From: Spizellomyces punctatus DAOM BR117
Lineage: Eukaryota
NCBI GenBank assembly: GCA_000182565.2
Contig: KQ257453.1
DNA: 64,000 bases
Strand: one strand, 5' to 3'
Part shown: piece by piece, positions 1-13,197 of the stretch
How the letters are laid out: every line of letters begins with the position of its first letter
Numbering within the stretch: the first letter of the stretch is position 1
Program-made: the position numbers and the translations under genes
Notes under the pieces: generated by a model
Database searches by the model: none
Told to the model about the DNA's origin: nothing
Seen by the model: only the letters and a program-made list of their open reading frames with translations

Positions 1-1468
1 CGTTCCCTGTCGCGGTACTAGTCCAAGCGCCTTTTCATGATTCTCAAATGCCCGTCGCGTCAGTTCCAAAGAACGCCGTCTGTCGCCAGCAACAAAGGGC
101 GGGTATAATGTAACAAGTGCAATGACGAGCAACAGGTAAACAAATCGCGCAGCAGAGAGAGGTGACATTTGTTTTTTTTCGATTTTCGTTCAATCCAAAG
201 CAGGGGGGAATATATAAACTTGTGTGCCTGTCAAACAGCAGACGCATGAATTCACGGCAAGTATGCACAAAAACAAACAAAAAAAACTGGCAGCGGACAA
301 GGAAAATCAACGACGACGACGACGACGAGCGCAGGGCCAAAAGAAAGACATTTGAAACCCATCGCACTTTTGCCAATGACATCATTAATGTTCTATACCT
401 TTTGAAACAAGTCTTTTACAAACAGAACGAGCGAAAAAGAATACGCAATGTGGTGTAGAATCGATAATGAAAAGCCTTTTGAGCAGCAGGAACTGTTTGC
501 TAAAAGCCGTTTTTCCAGTTTCCGTTTCTTCGTTTGTATTCGATGACCTTTCCAATGCCCCGCTTAAGAACACCCCCAACAGTCTGAAATCGACACAAAA
601 AAAAAGAGCTTTACATCCAACTCACAACCCACCAGCCAAAAACGCTACGAAAAAAAAAAAGCCTTTCGTCGTCGTCTAGCCGCCGTCAATCTCCTTTTCT
701 CCTTGAAATGCCTTGAAGGAGGGGGGAAGATGGCCGTTGGGGGGAGTTACCATGGTGATTCTGTCAGGCACAATCACTGTGCCACTGCTACTTCATTTCG
801 GGATTCGCTTCATTTCCAACACGCGCGGGTGGAAACCCAAGGCAGCCCAAAGCAGCCAAAAAAGCTGAGCAAAAAGCCCAAAGCAACAAAACTTTGGATA
901 CATGACCACATCCACGTTGGATGCTCCAAAAGTAACGATACAAATCAAACAATCTGCAGAAAGAGAAAGGTCTTCCGTGTGTGCTTTTCATCGCTTGGCA
1001 TCTTGCTGTCCAGAATGGAGCGTATCAACTCGTGTTTGCACATGCGTTCTATTCAAAGCACAAGCGCAATACGATGGGGGCGTCATGCACACGTAGACCG
1101 TGGAAATGAACACTTCCAGCCGTCATTCAACTGGTTCCGCTTGTGTGCCTTCCAGATGTTAAAAAGCCTAAATGTTCTAAATAAACCCTCTTGAGTACTT
1201 TTACAATTTATCCATAAATAGAGTTACGGTGACTGTGACACCCTATTTATGCTATTTATAGAAATAAAGTTACAAGCGCGGCAGGTCTCGCGGACCCTTT
1301 CCAATGATGGTTTTTAGCTTTTGGGATGTGACAAAAGAGCTAGAAAAAAAAGAACACTTACTCATGCTGGGGATGGAAGGATAAAAAGGGCGGTCCTAAG
1401 TTTCCCTCCCAGACTGAAATAACGACTTTTTAGTTTTCCATTCGATACACAGCTCAAAAACAAAGAAC

Positions 1469-2439
1469 ATGCTCAAAGTCTCTTTGGCCACGTTTGCTCT
1501 CCTCTTGGGTGCGTCCTCTGCTCGTGCCCAGTCGTGCTCTGTCCTCGTTGACGACTTTACTGCCATCCGTACGGGGAGTTTACCTGGCGAGACCGTCGTG
1601 CGGGACTTTAATCTTCTCGGCGGTGACTATGGCAAGAGTGATGGTGCTTCCCTCACCTACACCATCGACACCACCGCCAAGCATGTTGAGCTGACTGCCG
1701 GCGCTACTGAAAACTTTTGGTTTGCAAAGTTTGTGAGTATTGGTGGGGGGAAGCGCGTTTTCTTTTGCTTTTTACATGGGTTTTGATTCATATCGGGCTA
1801 TTTGTTTATAATCAGGATCGTGATTCGTGCTTTGACCTCGTTACTCCCAAATACCAAGCAATTGTCTTTGATTTAGTCGCCCCCGCTGGATCTGACTTTA
1901 CCATGACCCTCACGCAAAAGACCCCCGACTGTGTAGACCGCGCGGGAGCCAACTCGGACTCGGTCTACGTTCCCCTCACAAAGTACATCACTCCCAACGG
2001 CCAAAAACAAACCGTTACCGTCCCCTTTAGCGATTTCGCAACCAACTTGGCTGGTCAGCCTTTTGACATGGTACATTTGAAGGATTGGACTATTGTCGGT
2101 GTCAAGCCCGTTGGTACAAAGATGCAGTTGAGCAATTTACTCTTGACCCGCGCGTGCAATGGCACATTACCATCCTCGACGGCATCCACAGTGTCCGCCA
2201 CTGGAACTGCCACATCGTCCCTTCCTTCAACCGCCACCGGCACCGCCACTGGCTCCGTTCCTGTGTCCACTGGTATCCCATCCTCCTCTGCCGGTGCATC
2301 CTCCTCCAGCACCAAAACTGCCACCGCAACCGAAACTCCCAAAACACCAGGATCCAACGTGACGAGCGGTGCGAGCGGATTGGGAGCTAACGGCGTATTG
2401 ATTGCTGCCGCTGCCCTTGGCGTGGCCGTTGCGTTGTGA
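1469..2439 (+). CDS. Secreted, probably GPI-anchored protein with carbohydrate-binding-like (CBM11/CIA30-like) domain and Ser/Thr stalk
   Basis: Signal peptide MLKVSLATFALLLGASSARA; intron 1733-1815 (GTGAGT..ATCAG) joins two ORFs in frame; Ser/Thr-rich tail and hydrophobic C-terminus (SGASGLGANGVLIAAAALGVAVAL). Domain call is tentative. Confidence 0.8.
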
Positions 2440-2736
2440 AAACCTGGAATAAACAGTTTATGATCTGAATGTGTGATGAATAGAATCGTTTTGTTAGATG
2501 GTTGGTTTCTATGATATGATAATCTCTTGGAAAAAAATAACAAAAAATAGATGAATGTCGCAGTAGGCTGTTGAGTTTTATAATGTTGGCTTTCCAGACT
2601 TGAAGAGTATGCATAAATGAGGAAAAGCGATATACACTTGGTAACACTGCAACTTTTTTCCAGCATTTTACAGATTCTAGCAAAAAAAAACAAGAACGTA
2701 CACCATGCCCTTCCCTAGCACTACTCTCCATCTCCT

Positions 2737-3390
2737 TTACAAAAGCTTCCCTTCCATGCTCTTGAGTTTTTTCATCACCTCCGCCAACTCGGGATACTTT
2801 TTTTGCATTTTCTGGGTCTGTGCTTTTTGGGCAACCCTCGTCCCACCGAGTTTTGGCATACGGTTCATGATATATCTGGCCACTTTGGCGTGGATGTGCT
2901 TTGGATCATTTTGATATTCGAGATACCCATCGCATAGCCAGCGCTCCATTTCGGGTGTCCAATGTGTAGGATCGCTCGGTTGTTTTACGGGTTGTTTTGC
3001 AGAACTTGCAGTACCTTGTTTCTCTGACAGCTTTTCTTTTTTGAGAGGTGCATCTTTGTGTTTTCTGTCTTTGGCGTCGAGATCGTCGGACGTGTACAGT
3101 GATCCGTCTTCATCATCCGAAGAGGTATCCAGTGCTATGGGATGGCGATTAGTTGGTGGCGATTTTGATTTGGTCAGAGGCAGATTCTGACGGCGACCTT
3201 TTTGCGGCTGGATAACTTGTGGAAGAGCCTTTCTTTTCCGAACTAGAGTCGCCGTACTGGGTCCGGACAAGTCAATGATATCTTGGCTCACTTTGTTGGT
3301 TGCACTGTCACCTTCTTGAACGCAAATGACAGCATCTTCGTCGAGTGCTTGGACCGTGGACTGCGGCTCTGCAAAAGGAGGACCTGTCAT
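2737..3390 (-). CDS. Hypothetical protein with C-terminal Myb/SANT-like motif
   Basis: Open frame from ATG 3390; low-complexity charged N-terminus, then HWTPEMERWLCDGYLEY resembling Myb helix 1. Confidence 0.5.
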   Translation of the reverse strand: MTGPPFAEPQSTVQALDEDAVICVQEGDSATNKVSQDIIDLSGPSTATLVRKRKALPQVIQPQKGRRQNLPLTKSKSPPTNRHPIALDTSSDDEDGSLYTSDDLDAKDRKHKDAPLKKEKLSEKQGTASSAKQPVKQPSDPTHWTPEMERWLCDGYLEYQNDPKHIHAKVARYIMNRMPKLGGTRVAQKAQTQKMQKKYPELAEVMKKLKSMEGKLL

Positions 3391-3732
3391 TTGGATAAAA
3401 CCGTCCTTGTGTTGTGTGATTGCGATGAAGAGAGGCGGAGAGTAAACGGGACTTAACGTATTTCCAAAAACTTTTGAAGCTCTGGACATGTCAGCTAAAG
3501 CCACCCAGGCGAATGAGATCGCTAGAGCATAATAAAAGCCTATTCTAACTCGCCATTTGCAAACGGGGGCTTGACACCAAGCTTCCGGACGAGGGCATAG
3601 CGGAGAGCAATGTGCGTAAAACAAGAGTGTGAAAGTCCCCCATGCTCGCCTATTAAATAGCACCTACAACAAGAATTCTCACACCGATAAAATACACACA
3701 AGCACTACCTCCCACCCTCCTTCTCCCATCCA

Positions 3733-5887
3733 TTATTTCTAACCCCTCTTACGGGCGTCTGGCTCCTTCCTACGACAACAAAATCCTTTACTGGCGGGGA
3801 TTTTGCGGATCGAGAGTCCTTTTCACGTTCCTTTTCTGGTATGGAGCGAGGTGTGTGAGTGCGCGACGATGCGGTTACTGCGGATATTGGAGTGGTGGTA
3901 GTGGTTGTGTAATTGTACAGAGGTTTTGTTTGGGAGACGTGCGTTGGAGAAGTACGTCGTTGGTTCTCTGTTTGCTATTGATCATGACGTGAAAAAGTAA
4001 GACAAAGCCTGAGCTAATGCATCAACGGCAAAAGTCAGATAAAAACCTTTAATGCCAATTCCCTCGCTGCTTGAACTTGAGATCGCACTTCCTTCTCCCT
4101 GTCCTTCTCATCTTCCCTTCCAATATGCTTTCTCGGCTGCAATGGAATGGCCATTTCCTCCAACTTCTCGCCTGCTGTTCCACGCATCCTGCCAGCTTCT
4201 CTTAAGGCCTTTTCAATCTCTCCTCGTTCTTCATCCAGTCTTACAGCCTCTGTTTCGAGTTCCTCTTGAACGTCGTCCTCCACTTGATCTGTAACTGTAT
4301 TAGATGGAGGCTCGATCGATGGCTTTGGCCACCGTCGGAGGGAAGGATATGTCGGGGGTTTGAGGAGGGAGATTTGTGGAGGAAGTGTTCCGGATGGATG
4401 GAGCTTCCAGAGTTTGGCTTGCATGCTGTGTTGATTGAGAAAATTGTTTATTACCAATGCATCCCGCAAGCAAAATAAAAAGGAATTTCAATCCTACCTC
4501 TGTAAGTAATTCTGCTGCGGCCCAACAACACTCCCTGGTCTCACAATCCTCAGGAACGAGATCACTTCCGACGCCGTGAATTTGTAGTGCTTCATCAAAT
4601 ACGCTGCAATGAGAGTCCCTGTTCGCCCAAGACCGGCTTTGCAATGTACTGCTATCGATCCTGTTAAATACATGAAATATATTAGGCGCACGAAAACAGC
4701 CAGCAGTGTGGACAGAGTCGATAAAATACCAGGTCGATTCTCGCAAATCTCCAAAAATCTCATCAAAACACCATCTGGCGGTGTTGTCCCATCCGGAAAA
4801 TACAGCTCAACATGCTCGATCCCTGCCTGCACAAACTTGGTACGATCATACGTCCGATTATTCAACCGAATAATTGTCGTCACTCCCCGCTCTTTCAAGT
4901 ATTTTATCAAATCATCGATTCGATAGGCTGGATGGAATTTACTGGGTTTTGCTGCTCGCTGCGGAGCAACTGCATTATTCCTCGCCAACAGCCCCGCAAA
5001 CCCGCTAGCCCACCCAGTTCCAGTCCGAAGTGCTGCATGATGTTGCTGGAATCCACTGGACGTACGTGGAGCTGGATCATCCTTGGGCGAAGCAAGTGCG
5101 ATAAACTTGTTGGTAATCCAATTAAAATCACCATTCTCCACTTTTTCGTAAAACTCATATTCCTCTACATCTACCGAATCCAAATCTAGGAGACCAAGGG
5201 TGAGGCCCTTGTGAAGACCACGGAGACAGTCGGGGATTGTGATATGATATGTCGCCGCACCGTACCCAGCGTCACGGTACGGCAGAAAGGGCGGTTGGAT
5301 GCCGAGAAGAGGACGAAAGGCTTCTTCAGGGGTTTGGCGATGGACGATTAACTGGGTTTGCAAGTATTATGGTTGTGATCCGCCATTACACTTTTGAACA
5401 CGCCGTTCCATACCATGTATGCACAGATCAAGAAGGCTGCATTCGCCCTCTTATCACTATCATGGGAGGAATAGAGCACCAGCTTCTTGTCGGCAGTTCT
5501 CGGATTCTACCCAGACAAAAGGCCAACTCAGCATTTTCAACTCCCATAAACAAAAAAAAGGTACCGCTTACAAACCTTCATCTTTTCAACAATCAAGTCA
5601 CAGAACCTTACGACATGAGCCAAATTTGATGGTCCAAAGTCCGAGTAAAAGTTGATGTAAACAAGTACATGATCGATTGTGAAGAAATGAACGGACGGGT
5701 ATTGTGCGGGATGCTGAGAGAGCCAAGTAAAGTATAGCTTATCTACATAGACGCAATGGTTAATACGCTGGCCAACGTTTAAAGAACGATAAACGAGACC
5801 TTTTATAAACTCTCGAGCGTTGGCCAATAGGTCCGCGGGAGAAGTGCTGCTCGCGTGATGAATCAATCCAGTTGTCGAGTAGGGCAT
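3733..5887 (-). CDS. CDC14: Dual-specificity protein phosphatase Cdc14 (multi-exon)
   Basis: YINFYSDFGPSNLA, FLPYRDAGYG, VENGDFNWIT, LYFPDGTTP, catalytic VHCKAGLGRTG, VRPGSVVGPQQNYL. 3' end approximate. Confidence 0.95.
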
Positions 5888-7411
5888 TTTTTGGAGATGG
5901 TAGTAAAGGGATTGAAGAAGGAAGCACAGATATTTGACTTGAAAAAAAAAGGGAGGAAAGAAGCAGCCCTAAAAACCTCACTTTATCAGGATAAAGTATT
6001 GCTATAAAACCCAATCGTCCCCCCCCCCTCCATGGCAATTTGACAGCCCATTGAACAACACACCCTCAAAACAAACACACTCAAGACAAAACGAAAACTG
6101 CCAGACTAACCTGTCAAAGCACACACACAAGAGAACCAATCCGTACCCCAAAAACAGCTGAAAAGCCCCAACCCCAAAAAGCTTCAGAAAAAAACCTCAC
6201 ACTGGGCCCGCCAGTGTCTTACGAAAGTCAGACCCTCAAAAATGGGATAACTATAGATCTCAACAGCCCAAAAAGAAATCCCCGACCTTACAAGTGATTT
6301 TTCCTTGGATGTTTCCCTTGTGCGCAATTTGATTATGGTTTTTTTGAGTTTTTTGTTTTTGAATGATAATCAAAACGTCTTTCCAATTGGGATTGTTGTT
6401 GGAGGTACCTTAAGTTGTTGGTGGATATTTCTGTTGGTCGGCTACTTACTATAGATGGTGACGCTGCCGACACTTTGAGAGATCTATTAATAGATCCGTG
6501 GATAATGTTCCAGCCACTGAGCCAAGTTTGAGCGGGGAGCCATAGAGATTCAGACATGAAGGGCGAGTGTTCGCCAACTAGATAGACATCCGATTCGCCG
6601 AGTCAAGGATCTGACTATAGTGGACAGATGGTTCCAAGTACTTTTGCATATGCCATGCATTATTCATCTGATAAATCAAAGGTGGTGCATCAGGACACAA
6701 GGTCCAGTACAAGCTGTAGGGAAGTGATATGTTCCTCATCCTCGGGGAGATACACAAGGATTCATTCGTTCTTGTTGGTGTTTGCCTGAACGATCCACCC
6801 AATATTGATTCAATAATGAAGGCTCGAACTTGGCCCTTTGGCCCCTAGCATACCGGGAATACGCAAGAGAGGATTTTAATTTGGCGACATGCGCTCAGCG
6901 TTGTAGCAGACTCGATAATGTCTCAGATGCGTTCTGCGGAATGTGATATGTCACATTGGGGCCGCACATACTTTACAAGGAATCTACATTAGCCGAACCA
7001 AGGCGGTTTTTGGAGGGCATCTGTTGGACATGAACCATGTTCTAGAATAAAAATGGGACCCGAAAGTGCTAGTGTGTTGACAAGATCAAAAACCATTCAA
7101 CTTCCAGCAAGAGTCGGCTAGTTGATGGTCCATACAAGACTCCACATACGCCAATAGCATGTCTCAAAGTGTCGCCAATTCTTGACTATATCTGGGCAAG
7201 GTGTGTTTTTTCAATTGCAGCGCTTTATGTTGTGTCAAAAAGGAATATCCCAATCCATAGAATCAGTCCAACTGGCAAATGCTTGAATCCTTGAGGCCTC
7301 GTCAGTCCTTGGAGACGCGCATCTCCAGAAAACAATTTCCGTCCCAAAACCTCTCAAAAGTCTGCTTTTCCATCCCATGTTTTTAAAGCCTTTGAAGGGA
7401 CCAGAGTTTAC

Positions 7412-9213
7412 ATGTCCCACCCCTTCCTCCCATTCCCCTTCATCTGTCCCAATAGTTACATTGAAACCTTGCACACCTTTATCCAGACCCACAAGTGGTT
7501 ATCCGAGTTTTATGCCATCGCCTTCATAACCACCGACTACTGGAACACGGGACCAATACCTCCGCAATGGAAGATATTGGAATGGGAGAACGATGATACA
7601 TTATGCCGGGTTGCTAGTGAAGGTTTTATCAAGGTGAAGTGAGTATTATCGGGTCGGTGGTTTGGATCGTAATTGACGTATTGAATGTGTACAGGATGAG
7701 TGGCCAGAGAGCTTGAAACAGTTTGTGCTGGAGGCCAGTAGATTGGGAATGAAGCGGGATGCAAGGAATTTTGAAGATGTTGAATGTAAGTTGATGGCTG
7801 CTCATTGTTTCCGGTCCGGTTTAAATGACAGTTTCCAGTTGCAGACATATCTCCAAGGGTGAGGGCTCATATGCGATATAGATCAGCGGAGCAAAGTCGA
7901 ATTCCTTTGCTCACGTATCTGAGACTTTTCAGATTGCAGTTGGAATGAACACAAAGAAAGTTAAAGAGGTATGCCTGCCTATTACCAGCCCAGATTATGG
8001 TACTCAAGCACCCCCACCTGCTAGACAGGTCCGCTAGCCTCCATCATCAGAACGCTGTCGCAAACTCAGCATATATCGCATATTCTCGACCTTGGTGCTG
8101 GGCAAGGCTATCTCTCATCCGTCCTCGCCTACCAATACAACCTAAATGTGCTCGCCATTGATGGGTCGTCGTCACAAATAGCAGGAGGACGCCGTCGTGC
8201 AGAAAATATCAAAAAGAGGATTGGAGATGGTCAAGGCCGTTTGGTGTTCCTGGAGAGGAGTGTACAGGAAGAAGAGGATTTGGAGAGGTTCATGGGAGTG
8301 GGCACCAATTGCTTTGGGGAAGGACGGTGGGGCATATGTGGGTTGCGTAAGTTTGAACTCTATTGAAACACAATTGCTCAAGTTGGCTGGTCGTTGACTC
8401 TTGGTGGTCGGCCCCTAGATACATGCGGAGATCTCGCCTCAACAACAATACGAGGGTTCCTCACCAGCCGTGCGAGTGTCCTGGTAAGCACTTATCACTG
8501 CGTCCCTTTCTGTGCATAGGCACTAGATCTTACTGTGCTATCAAGGTGAATGTCGGATGCTGTTATAACAAACTTACGGAAAAAGGTCACAGTCAGTTTT
8601 TGTTCCCAACGTTCTTGTTCTGTACCTGATATTTCTTGCATCACTAGGGTTTCCAATGAGCCAACACTACAAGTCCCGTAACTGGACCCTCTCGGCCAAT
8701 CTTTTGATGGTGGCTTGGTACGTCTACTTCTAGCTTCTGCGTATCAATATTATATATTAAAGACACCCTAGCCAAGCACCCAGCCGGTGGACAACAACAA
8801 GTACTACCAAGATGTCTTTTAACAACCTCTACTATCGCGCTCTCCTCCAAGACATCCTCGTATCCAACAACTACCCTACGATAACATCTCTCAGATCTCT
8901 CCCGCAATCCGCATTTACGGATTTTGAAACGTACATCCGAACGGCACTCAACCGCCTCCAGCTTCCTATGCCTTCAACGCCCCTCCAAGTATACCTGGCA
9001 AAACATCAAAATGCCAGACGCCAAATTGCTGCACTGTGGACGTTGCGTGCTCTCATCGCGGATGTGGTGGAGTCCTTTATATTGATGGACAGATGGAGTT
9101 TTGGGAGGGAATTGGATGGTGTGAAGGTTTTTTTGGAGCCAGTTGTGGATCCTGTTGTAAGCCCAAGGAATATGGCGATCGTTTTTATCAATGAAAGAAA
9201 ACAGCAAGAGTGA
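7412..9213 (+). CDS. METTL25/RRNAD1-like SAM-dependent methyltransferase (multi-exon)
   Basis: LDLGAGQGYLS motif I (~8085), VLAIDGS, TCGDL, NVGCCYNKL and C-terminal VESFILMDRW..DPVVSPRNMAI, typical of this family. Confidence 0.8.
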
Positions 9214-11433
9214 ATAGAAACTAAAGCAGAATGGCGAGGCGTCATTCGCGTAAGATCTCGCTCCCGCATCTGATCTGGTCAATGTTTATGCTAGGTGTCT
9301 TTTTGATGCCGGAAAGTAACAGTTTATGAAGACCATGTGTAATTTAACTTGTCAAAACTCTTTGGCGTACTGCCTTTGACTTGCAAGACTGGCAGACCGA
9401 CATGGCCACCTGTATGCGCATGGTCCAGTCATGCTTAACCTGGCCAATCAACGTCATTTTGCGGAAGATTCCAAAGTCATGTCCGCCATGAACAATGGTG
9501 AGACCCAGAGGTCAACCCTGTGCAGTGATGGAAAATCCAACAAGATTCCGAAACCTATGATGATCGGTATGAAATTAATGTTGGTCGCTGCATGTCTACA
9601 TGGTGAGAGGAGTCTTGAGATAATAGCTTGGACTGCGAAGATATTCGGACTATGACCGACACTAATGATCGGCAAGGTGGAAACAAAGGCTGAAGCTGCA
9701 ACTTCAGAGAGGGGTTCCTGCTTGCAAGTTGGTAAAGATCATGATCCTCGTTCTTTTACTTCCGCTCCTGACTGTCTTTCGCCAGATCCTTACGCGAGGA
9801 CTGTTGTGGAGAGTGCAGTGGTGTGTATGTCTACCATTATATGGAGCCCTTGAATACCTTGCCTGGGGAAAAAAAGATATCCATCTATTTGTAGAAGGTA
9901 GTTGGGCTCATCATGTGCGCATTTGCTTTCAGAAACGTATTTCCAACTACACCGAAGCCTAGTACCATGCGTTTCTTTCCTCTATTTACAACTCGTATCG
10001 AAGTGTTTAGCGATCAGACAGAGCAGACACATAACATTTGAATTTGATGTACAACTAGTATCGACTATTGCATCAGACCGATAACGGGAACACAGCAGAA
10101 ACACTTGTCCGATGATAAACTCGATACTAGTTTTATTTAAATGACGAATATATGGTAGTCCACCCAGTTGCTGCGTGCCCCTGACAAAATCCGGGCAGTT
10201 TCTTCTATTAGGAGTTGTTGTGGTTGCTTTCTTTTACTCGCCATTTTATAGCTGTTGCTTTGGCGGGATTAAACCTGGTTAACGCCAATCCTTCTGTGGT
10301 TTTGCTATGTTTCTGGACCGTCTGATCGGTAAACACTTCGACTCGACTTGTAGTCCTTGGCATGTTTTGATATCTGCCTCATGTTTGCTGCCAGTCGGAC
10401 CAACCCATCTTAATGCATATCGCACGGATATCCCCGGTAATTTCACCAGGCATTGGGCAGTGACCAAGACTTGCAAATCATCATGCTTGCATTGGCTGCT
10501 TGTAGAAAACCGTTCAACCGTTATTTGCAGTATGAGTATTCATCTAGTAGGCGCTGCGTTATTTCATTGCTCTAAACTCTGCCCGTTTTCATCGTTAGTG
10601 TATTGGCAATAACAAATGTCACAACACAATACACCAGGGAATAAACCAGCGATAACTGGTTCGGAAAAGCCAATTCCCTCCTTACAACCAACCAACTACG
10701 ACTAGGCCCAATTACACTAGCAATACATTACGGTTGTTCTAACCGGGTAACTGAGCCCATCACCACAAGAGAAATCCTACTAGCCCTATGATTCCGAAAT
10801 TCTCAGTCAGAGGATGTTTCAGATACTAAGGTAAACCAGAATAATTAGACTGGGAATACGCGTGGGAAAATACAAAGATAATGCATACCTGCGATTGTAG
10901 CAATATAGTAGTAGCAGCATTTGCAAGGGGTTATGTTGTCTTTGTAGTCGGGAGGGCGAGGTCCTCGGCACCACCACATATGCACTCTCATGATGGACTT
11001 GAGACTTGAGCGTTGGGCAAATGCTTTGAGTCGAGGGATAAAGAAACAAGAGGGAAGAAAGAAGAGGGGGGGTTTATATAGAAAAAAGAGGGGATAGATT
11101 GAGTCATGGAGCGTCATGCAGGTGGCAATTCGAATATTCCTCTCATAGATGGCCGCAAGGGATAGTAATTGCAATGCGTTCATGTTTTGTATTGGACCCG
11201 TCTTTTTGTTTATCTTCGTGATGTTCACAATAAATGTGGTTAATTCAACTGGCTGCAATGCTCCGTGGCAATTTTCCCACACACTATGTCACTTGAGTCG
11301 TTCGATCAGGGACAAAGCGCGCAACCTTAATGACACGGGCTGTGTCATTTCGCAGGGTTGGAGCACTTTCGCGCCCGTCATTTCGCATCTTGCGCAACCT
11401 TTTCACCTTACTTGCAGCATTCAATCTCAAACA

Positions 11434-13197
11434 ATGGGCCTTGCGAGCAAACTCGCTGGTGGTGCTCGACCACTCGGCGGCGCTCCTCATGGCGGACAAC
11501 CTTATGGTGCTCCTCCACCGACGCAAGCACCTTACGGAAGTCAACCACCCTACGGCGCTCCTCCTAATCAACCGTACGGTGCACCTCCGCCGAATCAAGC
11601 TCCTTATGGGGGTCAACCACCATACGGCGCTCCTCCGAATCAACCGTACGGCGCACCTCCGCCGAGTCAAGCTCCTTATGGTCCTCCTCCGAATCAGTCG
11701 TCTGGTGCTCCACCGTCGAACAAACCGCCATATGGAGCGTCACCAACTGGCCAGGCACCGCCATTCCAACAACCACCGTACGGAGCTCCTCCTGGCGGTC
11801 CCGCTCCACCTTTTGGTGGTGTCGGGATGAACCAAGCCGGCCCGTATGGTGGTCCTCCAGGTCCTTATGGAGGCCCTCCACAAAACGGGCCATACGGACC
11901 ACCACAAGGATCGTTTCCAGGGGGCTTTGGACAAAGTGGTCCGCCCGGAAATGCACCGTGGGGAGCACAGGTATGCTGCAATGCCGAAAATATTCTTAAA
12001 TTACCTCTTGAAAATTGAACCGGTCACAAGTCTGCTCCACCTTCAGGATATCCTGGAGCTGCTTATGGTGCTCCACCCCCAGGTGCGCCGTACGGTCAGG
12101 CTCAGCAAGGTCCACCAGGCCAATCCGGAGTGGTAGGATTGCAAGTGGAATAACATGTACAAACCGAAATATAACATTTGTATATCACAGGGGGGAATAT
12201 CTCACGCCCAACCGCATCCGGCAGCAGCACAACGCTCCTTTCCTGTCATTGCGGCCAAACTAGACTACATTGTCAATACAAACCAGCTTCAAAACTTTTA
12301 CCCTCCCCAGACTATTCAGCAGATCGCGGACCGAATCTCGAAAACAGTGGATTTTGATAGTTTGACTGCACACTGGAAATTACAAACGTCGGAACTGGCT
12401 TATGATTTGGCGAGTTTAGCGCTATATGACATTGTGATTTATTCGTGAGTTCCGTGATTTGCCTTTTTGTTATGTTTTTGGAGATACCAAACTTTCTCCT
12501 TGATCGTAGGGACGATTCTGGATCAATGAGCGCAGCCGAGAATGGAGAACGAATCGATGATCTCAATCTCATCGTCTCCAAAGTTGCAGAAATTGCATCG
12601 CTATTTGACCAGGACGGCATTGTGAGTAATATCTCGGTGACCTCTCGCTAGTATCTATTAATAAAAGTTTTATTGCAGACGGTCCGATTCATGAACTCTG
12701 AGCAACAAGGCAACAACCTTCGTTCTGAAGCTGAAGCCACCGCCCTCATCCGCTCCATACGCTATATGGGGGTGACACCTCTCGGCTCACAGCTCGATGC
12801 CAAAGTTATCCAGCCGTTGGTGATTGGGCCTGCCCGATCGAACAGTCTTCAAAAGCCCGTATTGGTGATTACCATTACCGATGGTGAACCGGTTGGTGAA
12901 CCAAGAGATAAAGTCCAAACCGTAATTGCCGGGGCGAAGCAGGCCCTCACGTCTACTCGTTACGGAGGTGGTGCCGCTGCATTTCAATTCGCACAAGTGG
13001 GTAAAGATCAGGGGGCTCAAAGGTTTTTGGCCACTCTTGACAATGACCCCAACATTGGACGCATGGTGGATTGCACATCTTATTTTGAGCTGGAGCAGAT
13101 GGAGATGGCGAAGAAAGGCGTGAATCTAACACCAGAGATGTGGTTAGTGAAGTTGATGGTTGGATCGATTGATCGTACGTATGATGAGCAGGATTAG
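11434..13197 (+). CDS. Pro/Gly/Gln-rich (PPYGAPP repeat) protein with C-terminal von Willebrand A domain
   Basis: MGLASKL start; many PYG repeats; MIDAS DDSGSM immediately after an intron; TPLG; VLVITITDGEP; FQFAQVGKD. Confidence 0.85.

Noticed and set aside
44..1194. ORFs at the window start
   Set aside because: Low-complexity A-run/microsatellite sequence typical of promoter/UTR DNA; no domains.
6468..7174. 13-bp inverted repeat CGACACTTTGAGA as MITE ends
   Set aside because: No TSD seen; a match this short is plausible by chance in 64 kb.
9300..11100. Short ORFs in the gap between the methyltransferase and vWA genes
   Set aside because: No recognisable domain or consistent splice model.
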